64,000 nucleotides of DNA from Patescibacteria group bacterium. GTDB lineage: Bacteria; Patescibacteriota; JABMPQ01. This document shows positions 46,329 to 55,921 of the stretch, piece by piece (the stretch's first letter is position 1; every line of letters begins with the position of its first letter). The notes under the pieces were generated by a model. The model saw only the letters and a list, made by a program, of their open reading frames with translations, had not been told where the DNA came from and did no database searches. A program made the translations under genes and the position numbers. The stretch spans positions 21,408 through 85,407 of the forward strand of contig JBGTBM010000007.1 of assembly GCA_041749335.1 (NCBI GenBank), in the 5' to 3' direction.

Positions 46329-46937
46329 ATGAAAAGCGAACTTAGAGATTGGGGATATCGGGTAAAAAACCGTAAAATTCAGCTGGAGCGTTTCAAAAAT
46401 ATGGAAGCTCCTTCATCAATGATTGAAAAGGCCGAAAAGGCTTATCAAGACGCTGTGGCCAAATTTGATGAAATCGCGGCGGCAATTGGAATAAGCGAGA
46501 AGGAACAGGCATTAATCCTGGCTGAATGCGAGGAATATTTGAAAGCCAGAGATTATTTGACTGAATTGTTCCCGTATTTGCCCACGGCGCGAGTTTTTAA
46601 GAAATTTTTTGATTATGGAAAGCGCTGGCATTTCGCCGGAATAAAGCCGATCGATCATGGAAGTTTTGAAGATGAAGACGAATCTTTCAATCACATGACC
46701 CTAGATCAGCTGGAAGAGTTTTTAGAAACCAATCCCAATCCTGATCGAGCCATGCATGTCTTGGGTATTATGGCGGATCATGCACTTCGGTGGTCGCAAT
46801 CTATTCTGATTGAATTTCTGCTTTTAGCTACTCGGGCGCGGAAAATGGAGCAAGACAAAATTCCCCGAGAGCAAATAGCAAAAATGATTCAGGCAGTATT
46901 TCATCAGATCGAAGACGAATTAATTGAAAAAAAATAA
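46329..46937 (+). CDS. Hypothetical protein, paralogue A of a tandem pair
   Basis: Ribosome-binding site AGGAGGAGG. Shares segments with the next gene, for example FKKFFDYGKRWHFAGIKPIDHGSFE against FKLLMGCGKFWNFGKMDKIKISLPHE. Confidence 0.55.
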   Translation: MKSELRDWGYRVKNRKIQLERFKNMEAPSSMIEKAEKAYQDAVAKFDEIAAAIGISEKEQALILAECEEYLKARDYLTELFPYLPTARVFKKFFDYGKRWHFAGIKPIDHGSFEDEDESFNHMTLDQLEEFLETNPNPDRAMHVLGIMADHALRWSQSILIEFLLLATRARKMEQDKIPREQIAKMIQAVFHQIEDELIEKK

Positions 46938-46958
46938 GCGAGCCATACTCGCTTTTTT
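46936..46958 (+). terminator. Rho-independent terminator (AAGCGAG-CCATA-CTCGCTT + T6) followed by TTGACA
   Basis: Seen directly. Confidence 0.5.
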
Positions 46959-47026
46959 ATTGACAAAATCATCTAAATTAACTATTTTTTATATCAAGCT
47001 TGTTCTTTGAAAGACGGGAGGAAACA

Positions 47027-47626
47027 ATGCCGGATCTTAGAGGTTTGGCGATCAAAGTTGCGTCATCTGATATATTATATCGTAAATTTAAAGATGGAGA
47101 ATCTCCACCTCATTTAGTAAAGGCGAAACACTTGCGGTATAAAGAGGCGCTGGCGGAATTTCATGAAAAATTAGCCCAAACGCATGCCAGTTCTAGGGAA
47201 AAAGATCAAATATTGCGCTGGGCGTATGATGCGATGGCTGCCAAAGAAGAGATTTTTGCAACTTTTAGGAATAGCCCCCCAATAAAATTATTTAAACTTT
47301 TAATGGGCTGTGGGAAATTTTGGAATTTTGGGAAAATGGATAAAATCAAAATATCTTTGCCGCATGAGTCAAAATTTTCCGGGTTATCTTTCAATGAATT
47401 GGTCAGGTTTTTTTATACTTCTCCGGAAATAAATGAGGCGTTAGAGGCACTAGTAGTGTTGTCGGGGGCGGTGCAGAATTGGTCGTTAGGAGCTTTGGTA
47501 GAAATAAAAATTACTATTGAGGAGGTTAAGAGAAGAAAACAAGGATCGTATTCTAAAGAGGAAGTAATTAAAATACTTGAAGGTTTATTGAGAATGCTTG
47601 AAACCGAAATTACCGATGATAATTAG
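47027..47626 (+). CDS. Hypothetical protein, paralogue B of a tandem pair (start refined to the ATG after the GGGAGG site)
   Basis: The track ORF starts at a TTG at 47000. The ATG at 47027 has GACGGGAGG 7 nt upstream. Confidence 0.55.
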   Translation: MPDLRGLAIKVASSDILYRKFKDGESPPHLVKAKHLRYKEALAEFHEKLAQTHASSREKDQILRWAYDAMAAKEEIFATFRNSPPIKLFKLLMGCGKFWNFGKMDKIKISLPHESKFSGLSFNELVRFFYTSPEINEALEALVVLSGAVQNWSLGALVEIKITIEEVKRRKQGSYSKEEVIKILEGLLRMLETEITDDN

Positions 47627-47652
47627 CAGTGAGATTTATTCTCACTCTTTTT

Positions 47653-48846
47653 TTAGGCCAGATTGGAAAAAACATTATCTTCAATATTGCTGAAAATTTC
47701 AACTTGTTTTAAAACTTCGCCAACTTTGGCGGCATCGGAAATTAAAAAGGGGCAGTGATGCGTATATTCTTTATCAAATTTGGACAGGAACTCATCGGAA
47801 CGCCGTTGATCCAAATATTGGTAGAGATATTTTTTTTCGATAATTCCGGAAATATGAAACAAGGAAATTCTTTTGCTGAAATCTTCAAATCCATGATAGA
47901 GCGTATGGTTTAGCTGATAATTTTCTTTGCCGGCCATGAAAGATTGAAATTTTTGATCCAGCAAGAAATGACCGACATCAAAGGTTACGGAAAAAGCGCC
48001 CGCGTCATAGTATTTTTTTACCAATCCTGTTTGATCTTCTTCCATCGCTTGATAATAAGTTTCCAGCACTTGATGGGGTGATACGCAATATCTGATATAA
48101 TGAGATGATGGCAACTCCTGATTAAGCATTTCCAGTGAGAGCGTGATTTTTAATTTATTTTTTCGCTCCAGGTGATCCAAATATTTTGCGGTGCGGATAA
48201 TGAGCTCAACTGTTTTGTTGCGGGATTTCTCCAAATCTTGAGCCATATCGGAGCTTTTTTTAACGCGGTAGGCGTGAAAACTTAGCGGTAAAATATTTTG
48301 CGGAATATCTCGGCTGATTTTATTTGCCAAGTGTACGCAATTATTAAAAAGTTTGTCTTGGGGATCGGTATAAATAAAATCGTCGGTGGGCAAATGGATG
48401 GTAAAATCCAGCTTGCCGTTTAGTTTATTAAAAAATTCTTTATAGGCATCATAATGGCTTTTGGAAATTGAGCGGCCAACTTCATCTTTTTTAGGCTGGT
48501 TATTAAAATATGAAATAGCCAGGTAGCGGACAATATTCAAATTGACGAAATCAAAGCCCAACCTTTTAAAATAAATCGCGCGGTTGATCATATCGCTGCC
48601 CAGCAGTCGGTCTAAGTATTCATTCGGACCGATATTAATGCCGAATAAGGTGTTTTTAACCCGGTTTTTAATGCAGGCGGTCTTTAATTTTTTTAGTGAA
48701 TCAAGGATAATAAAATCAAACGAAAGATTGGTATTTTTAATCAAATAATCCACTTCCTTAAAATCAATTTCAAATTCTAAGTATTTATTCATATTTATTG
48801 CGCAAGCTGAATACTTTAGTATGATACATTTTAGCGCTATGCGCAA
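47653..48846 (-). CDS. Hypothetical protein (397 aa), possibly TIM-barrel-like. No confident family
   Basis: Long ORF with coding-like composition. Internal candidate start at MNKYLEFEIDF. Confidence 0.45.
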   Translation of the reverse strand: MRIALKCIILKYSACAINMNKYLEFEIDFKEVDYLIKNTNLSFDFIILDSLKKLKTACIKNRVKNTLFGINIGPNEYLDRLLGSDMINRAIYFKRLGFDFVNLNIVRYLAISYFNNQPKKDEVGRSISKSHYDAYKEFFNKLNGKLDFTIHLPTDDFIYTDPQDKLFNNCVHLANKISRDIPQNILPLSFHAYRVKKSSDMAQDLEKSRNKTVELIIRTAKYLDHLERKNKLKITLSLEMLNQELPSSHYIRYCVSPHQVLETYYQAMEEDQTGLVKKYYDAGAFSVTFDVGHFLLDQKFQSFMAGKENYQLNHTLYHGFEDFSKRISLFHISGIIEKKYLYQYLDQRRSDEFLSKFDKEYTHHCPFLISDAAKVGEVLKQVEIFSNIEDNVFSNLA

Positions 48847-48928
48847 GCCGATAAAATATTAATTAAGATTTATTCACTTTGACATTAGATCGGTTTGACC
48901 TTATAATTTTTTATAGTAATCAAATAAT

Positions 48929-49396
48929 ATGCAAAATAATTTATTAATCATAATTTTCGTTCTTTTGGCCGCTCTTATCGGCTGGCTTATTTATCTGTCA
49001 TTTCGGTTTTTTTCGTATCTTAAAGAAAAAGAAGAACTGCTAAAAAAAGCGCGGAAAAAGGGGATCGAGGCCCTATTGGAGGAAAGCTTAAAATTAAGTG
49101 AAGATGCCCAGCAAGAAATAAAAAAAATTCAAGAAGCCTTGGATCAATTGGGAAAAATTGCCATGGTGAGCATTACCAAGGTCGCAACGGTTCGCTTTAA
49201 TCCTTTTCAGGATACGGGCGGCGATCAAAGTTTTTGCATTGCTTTATTAAACGCCAATAATTCCGGCGTGGTAATTTCCAGTTTGCATGGCCGGGAAGGT
49301 ACGAGGGTATATTCCAAGCCGATTAAAGAAGGCAAGTCGGAGTATTATTTGACTGGCGAAGAGATTAAGGCAATTGAAAAAGCGCAAAAAAAATAA
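48929..49396 (+). CDS. Membrane-anchored hypothetical protein (possibly DUF4446-like)
   Basis: N-terminal TM, coiled-coil, and a C-terminal globular part (FNPFQDTGGDQSFCIALLNANNSGVVISSLHGREGTRVY). Confidence 0.45.
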   Translation: MQNNLLIIIFVLLAALIGWLIYLSFRFFSYLKEKEELLKKARKKGIEALLEESLKLSEDAQQEIKKIQEALDQLGKIAMVSITKVATVRFNPFQDTGGDQSFCIALLNANNSGVVISSLHGREGTRVYSKPIKEGKSEYYLTGEEIKAIEKAQKK

Positions 49397-49412
49397 AAAA
49401 TAATATAAAATT

Positions 49413-49925
49413 ATGGCCAACAGACATCTGCTTAGAACTATCGCGATGCAAACACTGTATCAGTGGGATTTTTATGGCAAAGACAGTAAAAATATCGATA
49501 AATACATTATTGAAAATATTGAAAAATTTGCTTCCAATACAAACAAAGAAGACCGGCAGTATATTGTTGACAGTGTGCGCGGAGTGATAAAAAAATCAAC
49601 CTACATTGATAAGCTGATAGAAAAAACAGCTCCGGAATGGCCAATTGATCAGATTACCATGGTGGATAGAAATGTGCTCCGCCTGGGTATTTATGAATTG
49701 AAATATTCCGAGGATATTCCTCCCAAGGTTGCCATTAATGAAGCGATTGAACTGGGCAAGGCCTTTGGGGGAAAGTCTTCGGGAAAGTTTGTTAACGGAG
49801 TTTTGGGAACGATTTTTCGAGAATTGGATGAAAAAAAGAATAAGTCGAAAGCTCAAGCGGAAAAAGTTTTGGACGAAGAAGAATTAGCCAAAGAAGCGGA
49901 AGAAGATAATAAAAAGGATAAATAA
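49413..49925 (+). CDS. nusB: Transcription antitermination factor NusB with acidic C-terminal tail
   Basis: NusB fold patterns ([17 protein letters not shown] ... [14 protein letters not shown]). Confidence 0.8.
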   Translation: MANRHLLRTIAMQTLYQWDFYGKDSKNIDKYIIENIEKFASNTNKEDRQYIVDSVRGVIKKSTYIDKLIEKTAPEWPIDQITMVDRNVLRLGIYELKYSEDIPPKVAINEAIELGKAFGGKSSGKFVNGVLGTIFRELDEKKNKSKAQAEKVLDEEELAKEAEEDNKKDK

Positions 49926-49927
49926 GC

Positions 49928-50623
49928 ATGGTGAAAAAAATAACTCAACTAGAGAAAAACATCGGCCTTAAATTTAATAATATTGATCTTTTGCGCCAGG
50001 CGATGGTGCATCGTTCATATATTAATGAGAATAAGGATTTCCCTCTGGATCATAATGAAAGGCTGGAATTTTTGGGTGATGCAGTGCTGGAACTGGTGGT
50101 AACCGACCATTTATTTTTGAAATATCCCAATCCGGAAGGCGAGCTGACCAATTGGAGATCGGCTTTGGTAAATTCCACTATGCTTTCCGAAAAATCTCAA
50201 CAGCTGGGCATTAACGATTATCTTTTTTTGAGCCGAGGCGAAGCCAAAGATATCGGCAAGGCGCGGGAAATAATATTAGCCAACGCTTTTGAAGCGCTGA
50301 TTGGCGCAATTTATTTAGACCAAGGCTATGAAAAGGCGCGGGAATTTATTACCGATAAAATAATTTCCGAACTGCCGCGTATTTTAGAGCTAGGATTATA
50401 TTTGGATCCTAAAAGCAAACTGCAAGAGCTGGTTCAGGAAAAATTCAGCATTACTCCCGGGTATCAGGTGATAGACGAATGGGGCCCCGACCACGCCAAA
50501 AAATTTAAAGTCGCTGTTTTAGTAGAAGATAAAAAAATCGGAGAAGGCGAGGGGCCAAGCAAGCAAGAGGCACAAGTCAGCGCGGCCAAGGATGCGCTCC
50601 TGGACGACAAATGGAAAAAATAA
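49928..50623 (+). CDS. rnc: Ribonuclease III
   Basis: RNase III signature ERLEFLGDAVLELVV and a C-terminal dsRBD. Confidence 0.9.
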   Translation: MVKKITQLEKNIGLKFNNIDLLRQAMVHRSYINENKDFPLDHNERLEFLGDAVLELVVTDHLFLKYPNPEGELTNWRSALVNSTMLSEKSQQLGINDYLFLSRGEAKDIGKAREIILANAFEALIGAIYLDQGYEKAREFITDKIISELPRILELGLYLDPKSKLQELVQEKFSITPGYQVIDEWGPDHAKKFKVAVLVEDKKIGEGEGPSKQEAQVSAAKDALLDDKWKK

Positions 50624-50730
50624 TATATTGCTAATCGAGTAAAAAACGGCAGGATTAGATCCTGTCTTTTTGTAGGAAGTTGACATATAACATATAGCCT
50701 GCAACACGTAGAAAATATTAAATTAAAAAA

Positions 50731-51225
50731 GTGGAAATATTTCTAACAATTATCATCATAGCCTTGGTGGTTGCGCTGATGGCGGTCGGCGTAGTCGGAA
50801 TTTTCGTACCATTTTTGCCCGATGTGGTTTTTATTTTATTGGGCGCTTTGGTATATGGGCTTTATGACGGTTTTGAAAATATTTCCGGGTGGACTTATTT
50901 AACTCTTTTGATATTGGCGCTGATAATAACTTTGATAGATTATTTTGCCACAATCGTCGGCGCCAAAAGACTGGGAGCGACGAAATATGGCATTATTGGC
51001 GGAATCATCGGTGGCATTTTGGGTTTGCTGGGAGGAAGCATTTTTGGTCTGCTGATCGGTTTTATTGCGGGAACTATTTTAGGCGAGTTGCTGTCGGGGC
51101 GCGATCTTGCTTCATCGTTAAAATCCGGGGGCGGAGCGCTACTGGGTATTTTGGGGGGATCATTGGTGAAGTTGATAATCGCTTTTATTATGATTGTAAT
51201 ATTTATTTTGGCGGTTATTTTTTAA
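50731..51225 (+). CDS. DUF456-like small polytopic membrane protein
   Basis: Four to five TM helices with glycine-zipper-rich helices (GGIIGGILGLLGGSIFGLLIGFIAG). Confidence 0.5.
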   Translation: MEIFLTIIIIALVVALMAVGVVGIFVPFLPDVVFILLGALVYGLYDGFENISGWTYLTLLILALIITLIDYFATIVGAKRLGATKYGIIGGIIGGILGLLGGSIFGLLIGFIAGTILGELLSGRDLASSLKSGGGALLGILGGSLVKLIIAFIMIVIFILAVIF

Positions 51226-51256
51226 ATGGCACCTTAACATCAAAAAAGGAGGATAG

Positions 51257-51730
51257 ATGGTTGCGAGCCAGACTTTAAATTTATTCGATCAGGTCCGAAA
51301 ATTAATGGAGCCGGAAATTGATCCTAAAAAGATTGTAGTGATTAGATGCGTCAAGGCCGGCTGGGAATATGACATGTCTATTATCACCGGAGAAAAAAGT
51401 TATCCTTTATATGAAGACGCCACTTTGATGTTTTTGCGGGATAATTTACTTAGAGAGGATAATGAAGCCAGGCTGGTGCTGCTTTGTGATAGCGGCCTTG
51501 ATCGTCGCAGCTGCAACGAGGTTCAAGGATTTATGCCCGATAAGCGCAAAGCCGCTTTGTTACATGGCGTGAAGTGCTTACTGATGATAGCCCGGGATAA
51601 ATTAATTCTTGAGCGGCTGCTTAGAGAGGATGATTTTTTATACCTGGCGACCATCGAGGGCGGCGAAATTCAATTTCACGTGAAAAGGAAAATATTAATT
51701 ATGGAATTTATTCGCACCCTGATCGCATAA
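51257..51730 (+). CDS. Hypothetical protein
   Basis: Ribosome-binding site AAGGAGG. GC about 41%. Confidence 0.5.
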   Translation: MVASQTLNLFDQVRKLMEPEIDPKKIVVIRCVKAGWEYDMSIITGEKSYPLYEDATLMFLRDNLLREDNEARLVLLCDSGLDRRSCNEVQGFMPDKRKAALLHGVKCLLMIARDKLILERLLREDDFLYLATIEGGEIQFHVKRKILIMEFIRTLIA

Positions 51731-51831
51731 ACAGCTTTTAATAGCTGTTTTTCATTGACGCTGTATTTTTGATTGCTTATATTGTAATATTGACGGCAAA
51801 TTTCAATTGATCTTTCAGGAGGAGGGATAAA

Positions 51832-52068
51832 ATGTATACTCACTTGATTTGTCCGGGCTGCGGAGAGTTAGTGCCGGTTTTAAAAAAGCAGAGCTGGGAG
51901 TATCTGTCTGATTCAAGCGAATATATTTGTTCCAAATGCCAAGGGCATTGGCACGTATTTGCGGTAGCCGGCAGGCGGCCGTTTATTATAAATATCAAGG
52001 AAAATAGTTCCGATAAAAACCTAGACGAATGGATCAAGGAACAATTTCAGGAGTACCTGCGTTCATAA
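51832..52068 (+). CDS. Small zinc-ribbon protein (CPGCG...CSKCQGHWH)
   Basis: Ribosome-binding site AGGAGGAGGG. Two CxxC pairs. Confidence 0.45.
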   Translation: MYTHLICPGCGELVPVLKKQSWEYLSDSSEYICSKCQGHWHVFAVAGRRPFIINIKENSSDKNLDEWIKEQFQEYLRS

Positions 52069-52250
52069 TTAACCATAAGCTTAGCAATTTACCGCTAAGC
52101 TTTTTAATTACACGATAACTGATTAAAAAAAATTCATTATCGAAAATAGATCACAGTCTGAGGCTACGTTTTTTATTGCCTATCAATCAAATATTATATA
52201 TATTTAAATTAAATATGGGACTACCTGGTCCCTTGGTTTAATTTATTTAA

Positions 52251-54881
52251 ATGCATTTAGAGAAGCTTGAAATACAAGGATTTAAGTCTTTTGCTCCCAA
52301 GACTACTATTAATTTGGATCGGGGCATTACGGCTATTGTCGGCCCGAACGGTTCCGGAAAAAGTAATGTGGCGGATGCCATCAGGTGGGTAATGGGAGAA
52401 CAAAGCATAAAAAATCTTCGCGGCAAAAAAAGTGAAGATATTATTTTTGCCGGCTCAAATGCAAAAGGAAAGATGGGCATGGCGGAAGTTTCTTTGTATT
52501 TAAATAATGAAGACAGCCGAGTGCCGATCGATTATTCGCAAGTGGTTTTGACGCGCAGGCTATATCGCAGCGGGGAAAGCGAATATTTATTAAATAGAAG
52601 CAAGGTGCGCCTGCTGGATATCCATGAATTGTTGGCCAAGGCGGGTTTCGGCCAAAAAACTTACAGCGTGATCGGGCAGGGGATGATTGATGTGATTTTA
52701 CGATCAGGCCCGAAAGAACGGCGGGAAATGTTTGAAGAAGCGGCGGGCATTAAGCATTTTCAATTAAAAAGAAATTCCAGTCTTAATAAGCTGGAGCGCA
52801 CAAAGCATAATTTAGTGCGGGTGGGCGATTTACTGAATGAAATCGGACCGCGGCGAAATTCACTAAAAAGGCAAGCTAGTCGCGCCATGAAAAAAGATGA
52901 AATCAGGCAGGAACTGAAAGTTTTGCAGGAAGAGTATTTTAATTATTTATGGAATAAAAATCGAGAAAAAATTGATGCAGCGGCGGCAGAAGGCGCGGTA
53001 TATTTACAGCAAGAAAAAGACATAGAGAAAGAAATTAATAATATTAAGCTGAAACTAAATCAAGCGGAAGAAAATATTGATTACAGCCGCGAGGATGAGC
53101 TGCTAAATAAGTTAAATAAATTAAACGGCGAAAAAAACAGCCATAGGGAAAGATTGGCGATGATTGAAGGAAGGATCGAAGCGGTAACGCAAAAAGATTT
53201 ATCAATCGGCTGGGGTGATTTTGAAAAAAGCCGGTCGTCGCTCACCGAAGAAAAAAACATTATTGTTAATGATCTTAAAAATTTACAAGCGGAAAAAAAC
53301 GATTTGCAGGAACGAATGGCATCCAATATTGATAAGATTGAGCAGATTGATAAAGAAAAGATTGTGCTGGATGGCGATTTGGAAGCGCTGCGGAGTCAGG
53401 CTGAAAGCGGCGGGCTTATGGAAATTAATCAGGATATCAGCCAGTTAAGCGATATCCAAAATAATTTTTTTGCTGATGTTGAAGACTGCAAAAATTTAGA
53501 CGATTTGGAATTATTAAAGCAAAAAGCAAAGGGCGTCCGGGGCAAAATTAAGGAAATATTTAGGCGAGTCAAAGACAGAACCGGCGGATCAAGTTTTGAT
53601 CAAGAGCAGCTGCGCTCAATCCAAGGCCAGCTAGAAAATATTATCAAGCATAAGATCGAATTGGAACAGGACAATACGGACATTAAGATTAAATTGGCGG
53701 TAATTGATAATAAAATTGAAAATCAGCAGCAAGCAGCGGGAAAAAACGAAAAAGAACTGAAAGAAATAACGGACCGGATGGAAAATTTTACCAGCGAGGA
53801 TGAAGGAGAAAATTTGGCGTTAAAACAATTATCGCTGGACAAAGAGGTTTGGCAAAAAAAGTTTGATTCGATCACCGAAGAAGTTACTCGGATTGAAGAG
53901 GAGCTGAAACAGGAAAGAATAAAAGAAAGAAGCGCTCGCAAAGATTTGTTTGAAATGGAAAAAGAATATCGAGATTTCCAAGAGAAATTAAACAATGTCC
54001 GAAACAATATTAATCAAAATCAGATAAAAATGGCCGGATTGGAAAACGACCGGAAGCTGATTGTTGATGAGATAGTGGATAATACATCCCAAGAAGAGTA
54101 CCATAAATTGATTATCTTATTTGAAAAAAATCCGCTTTCTATCCTTCCAGAAAGAGAACAAGAATTGAAGCAAAAAATTGGAAAAATGAGAAAACAAATG
54201 ATTGCGATCGGAGAAATAGACCCGCAAGTGGTGACTGAATACGAGGAGTGTGAAAAAAGATATACATATCTCTTCGGCCAAAAAGACGATTTGGAAAAGG
54301 CCATGGAATCTTTGAAAAAAGTTATTGCCGAATTGGATGAAACCATCAATGAAAAATTCAATATTGCTTTCAAAAACATCAATGAGCAGTTTCAAAAATA
54401 TTTTGAAGTGTTATTTGGCGGCGGCCGGGCAAAATTAATTAAGAAAAAAGTCCGAGTTAAAGAAGGCGTAGATCATGATGATCAGGAGGAAACGGAAGAA
54501 ATTAATGCCGGCGGCGCTAAATTTAAAGAAGAAGAACAGATAGAAATACTGGCCACTCCGCCGGGCAAGAAATTAAAAAATCTAGGCATGCTTTCCGGAG
54601 GGGAAAGGGCTTTAACTTCAATTGCGCTGCTTTTTGCGATTATTACCAATAACCCGGCGCCCTTTATGGTTTTGGATGAAGTGGATGCCGCGCTGGACGA
54701 ATCAAATTCCTCTCGCTACGCCGATATCGTAACTTCTCTTGCCGATAAATCACAATTCATTATAATAACTCACAACAGAGAAACCATGAGAAGGGCCAGC
54801 TTGTTATATGGGGTTACCATGGAACAATCTGGAATCTCAAAATTATTATCTGTCAAATTAGATAGCTTACCAAATAATTAA
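52251..54881 (+). CDS. smc: SMC-family chromosome segregation ATPase (short, 876 aa)
   Basis: Walker A GPNGSGKSN, long coiled-coils, ABC signature LSGGERALTSIALLFA, Walker B FMVLDEVDAALD. Confidence 0.8.
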   Translation: MHLEKLEIQGFKSFAPKTTINLDRGITAIVGPNGSGKSNVADAIRWVMGEQSIKNLRGKKSEDIIFAGSNAKGKMGMAEVSLYLNNEDSRVPIDYSQVVLTRRLYRSGESEYLLNRSKVRLLDIHELLAKAGFGQKTYSVIGQGMIDVILRSGPKERREMFEEAAGIKHFQLKRNSSLNKLERTKHNLVRVGDLLNEIGPRRNSLKRQASRAMKKDEIRQELKVLQEEYFNYLWNKNREKIDAAAAEGAVYLQQEKDIEKEINNIKLKLNQAEENIDYSREDELLNKLNKLNGEKNSHRERLAMIEGRIEAVTQKDLSIGWGDFEKSRSSLTEEKNIIVNDLKNLQAEKNDLQERMASNIDKIEQIDKEKIVLDGDLEALRSQAESGGLMEINQDISQLSDIQNNFFADVEDCKNLDDLELLKQKAKGVRGKIKEIFRRVKDRTGGSSFDQEQLRSIQGQLENIIKHKIELEQDNTDIKIKLAVIDNKIENQQQAAGKNEKELKEITDRMENFTSEDEGENLALKQLSLDKEVWQKKFDSITEEVTRIEEELKQERIKERSARKDLFEMEKEYRDFQEKLNNVRNNINQNQIKMAGLENDRKLIVDEIVDNTSQEEYHKLIILFEKNPLSILPEREQELKQKIGKMRKQMIAIGEIDPQVVTEYEECEKRYTYLFGQKDDLEKAMESLKKVIAELDETINEKFNIAFKNINEQFQKYFEVLFGGGRAKLIKKKVRVKEGVDHDDQEETEEINAGGAKFKEEEQIEILATPPGKKLKNLGMLSGGERALTSIALLFAIITNNPAPFMVLDEVDAALDESNSSRYADIVTSLADKSQFIIITHNRETMRRASLLYGVTMEQSGISKLLSVKLDSLPNN

Positions 54882-54887
54882 AATATT

Positions 54888-55367
54888 ATGTTAGTAATTA
54901 GATTATCCAGAGTGGGAAAAAAGAATCAGGCAATTTATCGAATTGTCGTAGCGGAAAAAGAAAAATCAGCCAAGGGTAAATTTCTTGAAGAATTAGGAAC
55001 TTATTATCCTAGGATTGATAAGGATAATGTTAAAATAAACCAAGAAAAGATAAAATATTGGTTGGAAAAGGGTGCGCAGCCGTCCTTGACGATGTTGGGA
55101 ATTTTGAAGAAGCAAAGCTTATTGCCGGAAAATTTAACTAAGCAATATGACCGCTATATTGATCACATGAAGAAGCATAAGAAAAGCGCTAAAAAGAATG
55201 CGCCGGCAGAAGAAGATAAAACAAAAGCGGTAGCGGGTGAAAGCAAGCAGGAAGAAAAACCCGTAGAGGCAAAAAAAGAAATTAAGGCCGAGCAAGCAAA
55301 GCCGGCAGCGGAAAAAGTTGAAAAGAAAAAAGAAGTTAGCGCAAAAAAGCCGGAAGACGCCAAATAA
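54888..55367 (+). CDS. rpsP: 30S ribosomal protein S16 with K/E/A-rich C-terminal extension
   Basis: N-terminus MLVIRLSRVGKKNQAIYRIVVAEK...GTYYP matches bS16. About 80 extra low-complexity residues follow. Confidence 0.85.
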   Translation: MLVIRLSRVGKKNQAIYRIVVAEKEKSAKGKFLEELGTYYPRIDKDNVKINQEKIKYWLEKGAQPSLTMLGILKKQSLLPENLTKQYDRYIDHMKKHKKSAKKNAPAEEDKTKAVAGESKQEEKPVEAKKEIKAEQAKPAAEKVEKKKEVSAKKPEDAK

Positions 55368-55371
55368 TTGA

Positions 55372-55400
55372 TTGACAAAAATAATACAATTTAGTAGAAT
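55372..55400 (+). promoter_or_regulatory. Candidate internal promoter TTGACA-17-TAGAAT followed by a structured ~110-nt leader
   Basis: -35 at 55372-55377 and -10 at 55395-55400. The downstream leader holds nested palindromes: CTAGC...GTCTAA-TG-TTAGAC...GGTCGACC...GCTAG, and CTTATT-GCAG-AATAAG. Confidence 0.35.
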
Positions 55401-55515
55401 AGTTACTAAGCTAGCAACTTATAGTGTCTAATGTTAGACCTAAAAGGTCGACCAGCTAGTGTGTAATTAAACTGCTTATTGCAGAATAAGGTAAATAAAT
55501 AACTAAAGAAAAAGT

Positions 55516-55851
55516 ATGGCAGAAGAAAATAAAGACTTACAGTTTGTCGAGTACGTGGTAAAAGCGTTAGTAGACAAACCAGAAGTGGTAAAAGCCGAAA
55601 GAAAAATTGACGAAATGGGTGTATTAATTACCCTAGACGTTGATCCAGCAGACATGGGTCAAATCATTGGTCGTCAAGGCCAAACAGCTAGAGCAATCAG
55701 AACATTGCTTAAAGTTGTCGGAGCTAAAAACAATGCGAGAGTAAACCTAAAAATCAATGAGCCGGAAGGTTCTAAGAGGTCTCCAAAAGCTCCAGCCGCA
55801 GAAGTTTCACAAGAAGCTTCAGATGATGTAGTTGAAGATTTAAAACTTTAA
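55516..55851 (+). CDS. KH-domain RNA-binding protein (YlqC-like) with acidic C-terminal tail
   Basis: KH type-II core with a GxxG-like loop (IGRQGQTARAIRTLL). Canonical position between rpsP and trmD. Confidence 0.75.
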   Translation: MAEENKDLQFVEYVVKALVDKPEVVKAERKIDEMGVLITLDVDPADMGQIIGRQGQTARAIRTLLKVVGAKNNARVNLKINEPEGSKRSPKAPAAEVSQEASDDVVEDLKL

Positions 55852-55921
55852 AAATTACTACATTTACTTAATAAAAAACCCGTGATATCTTAATGGTACC
55901 GCGGGTTTTTATATATAAAAA

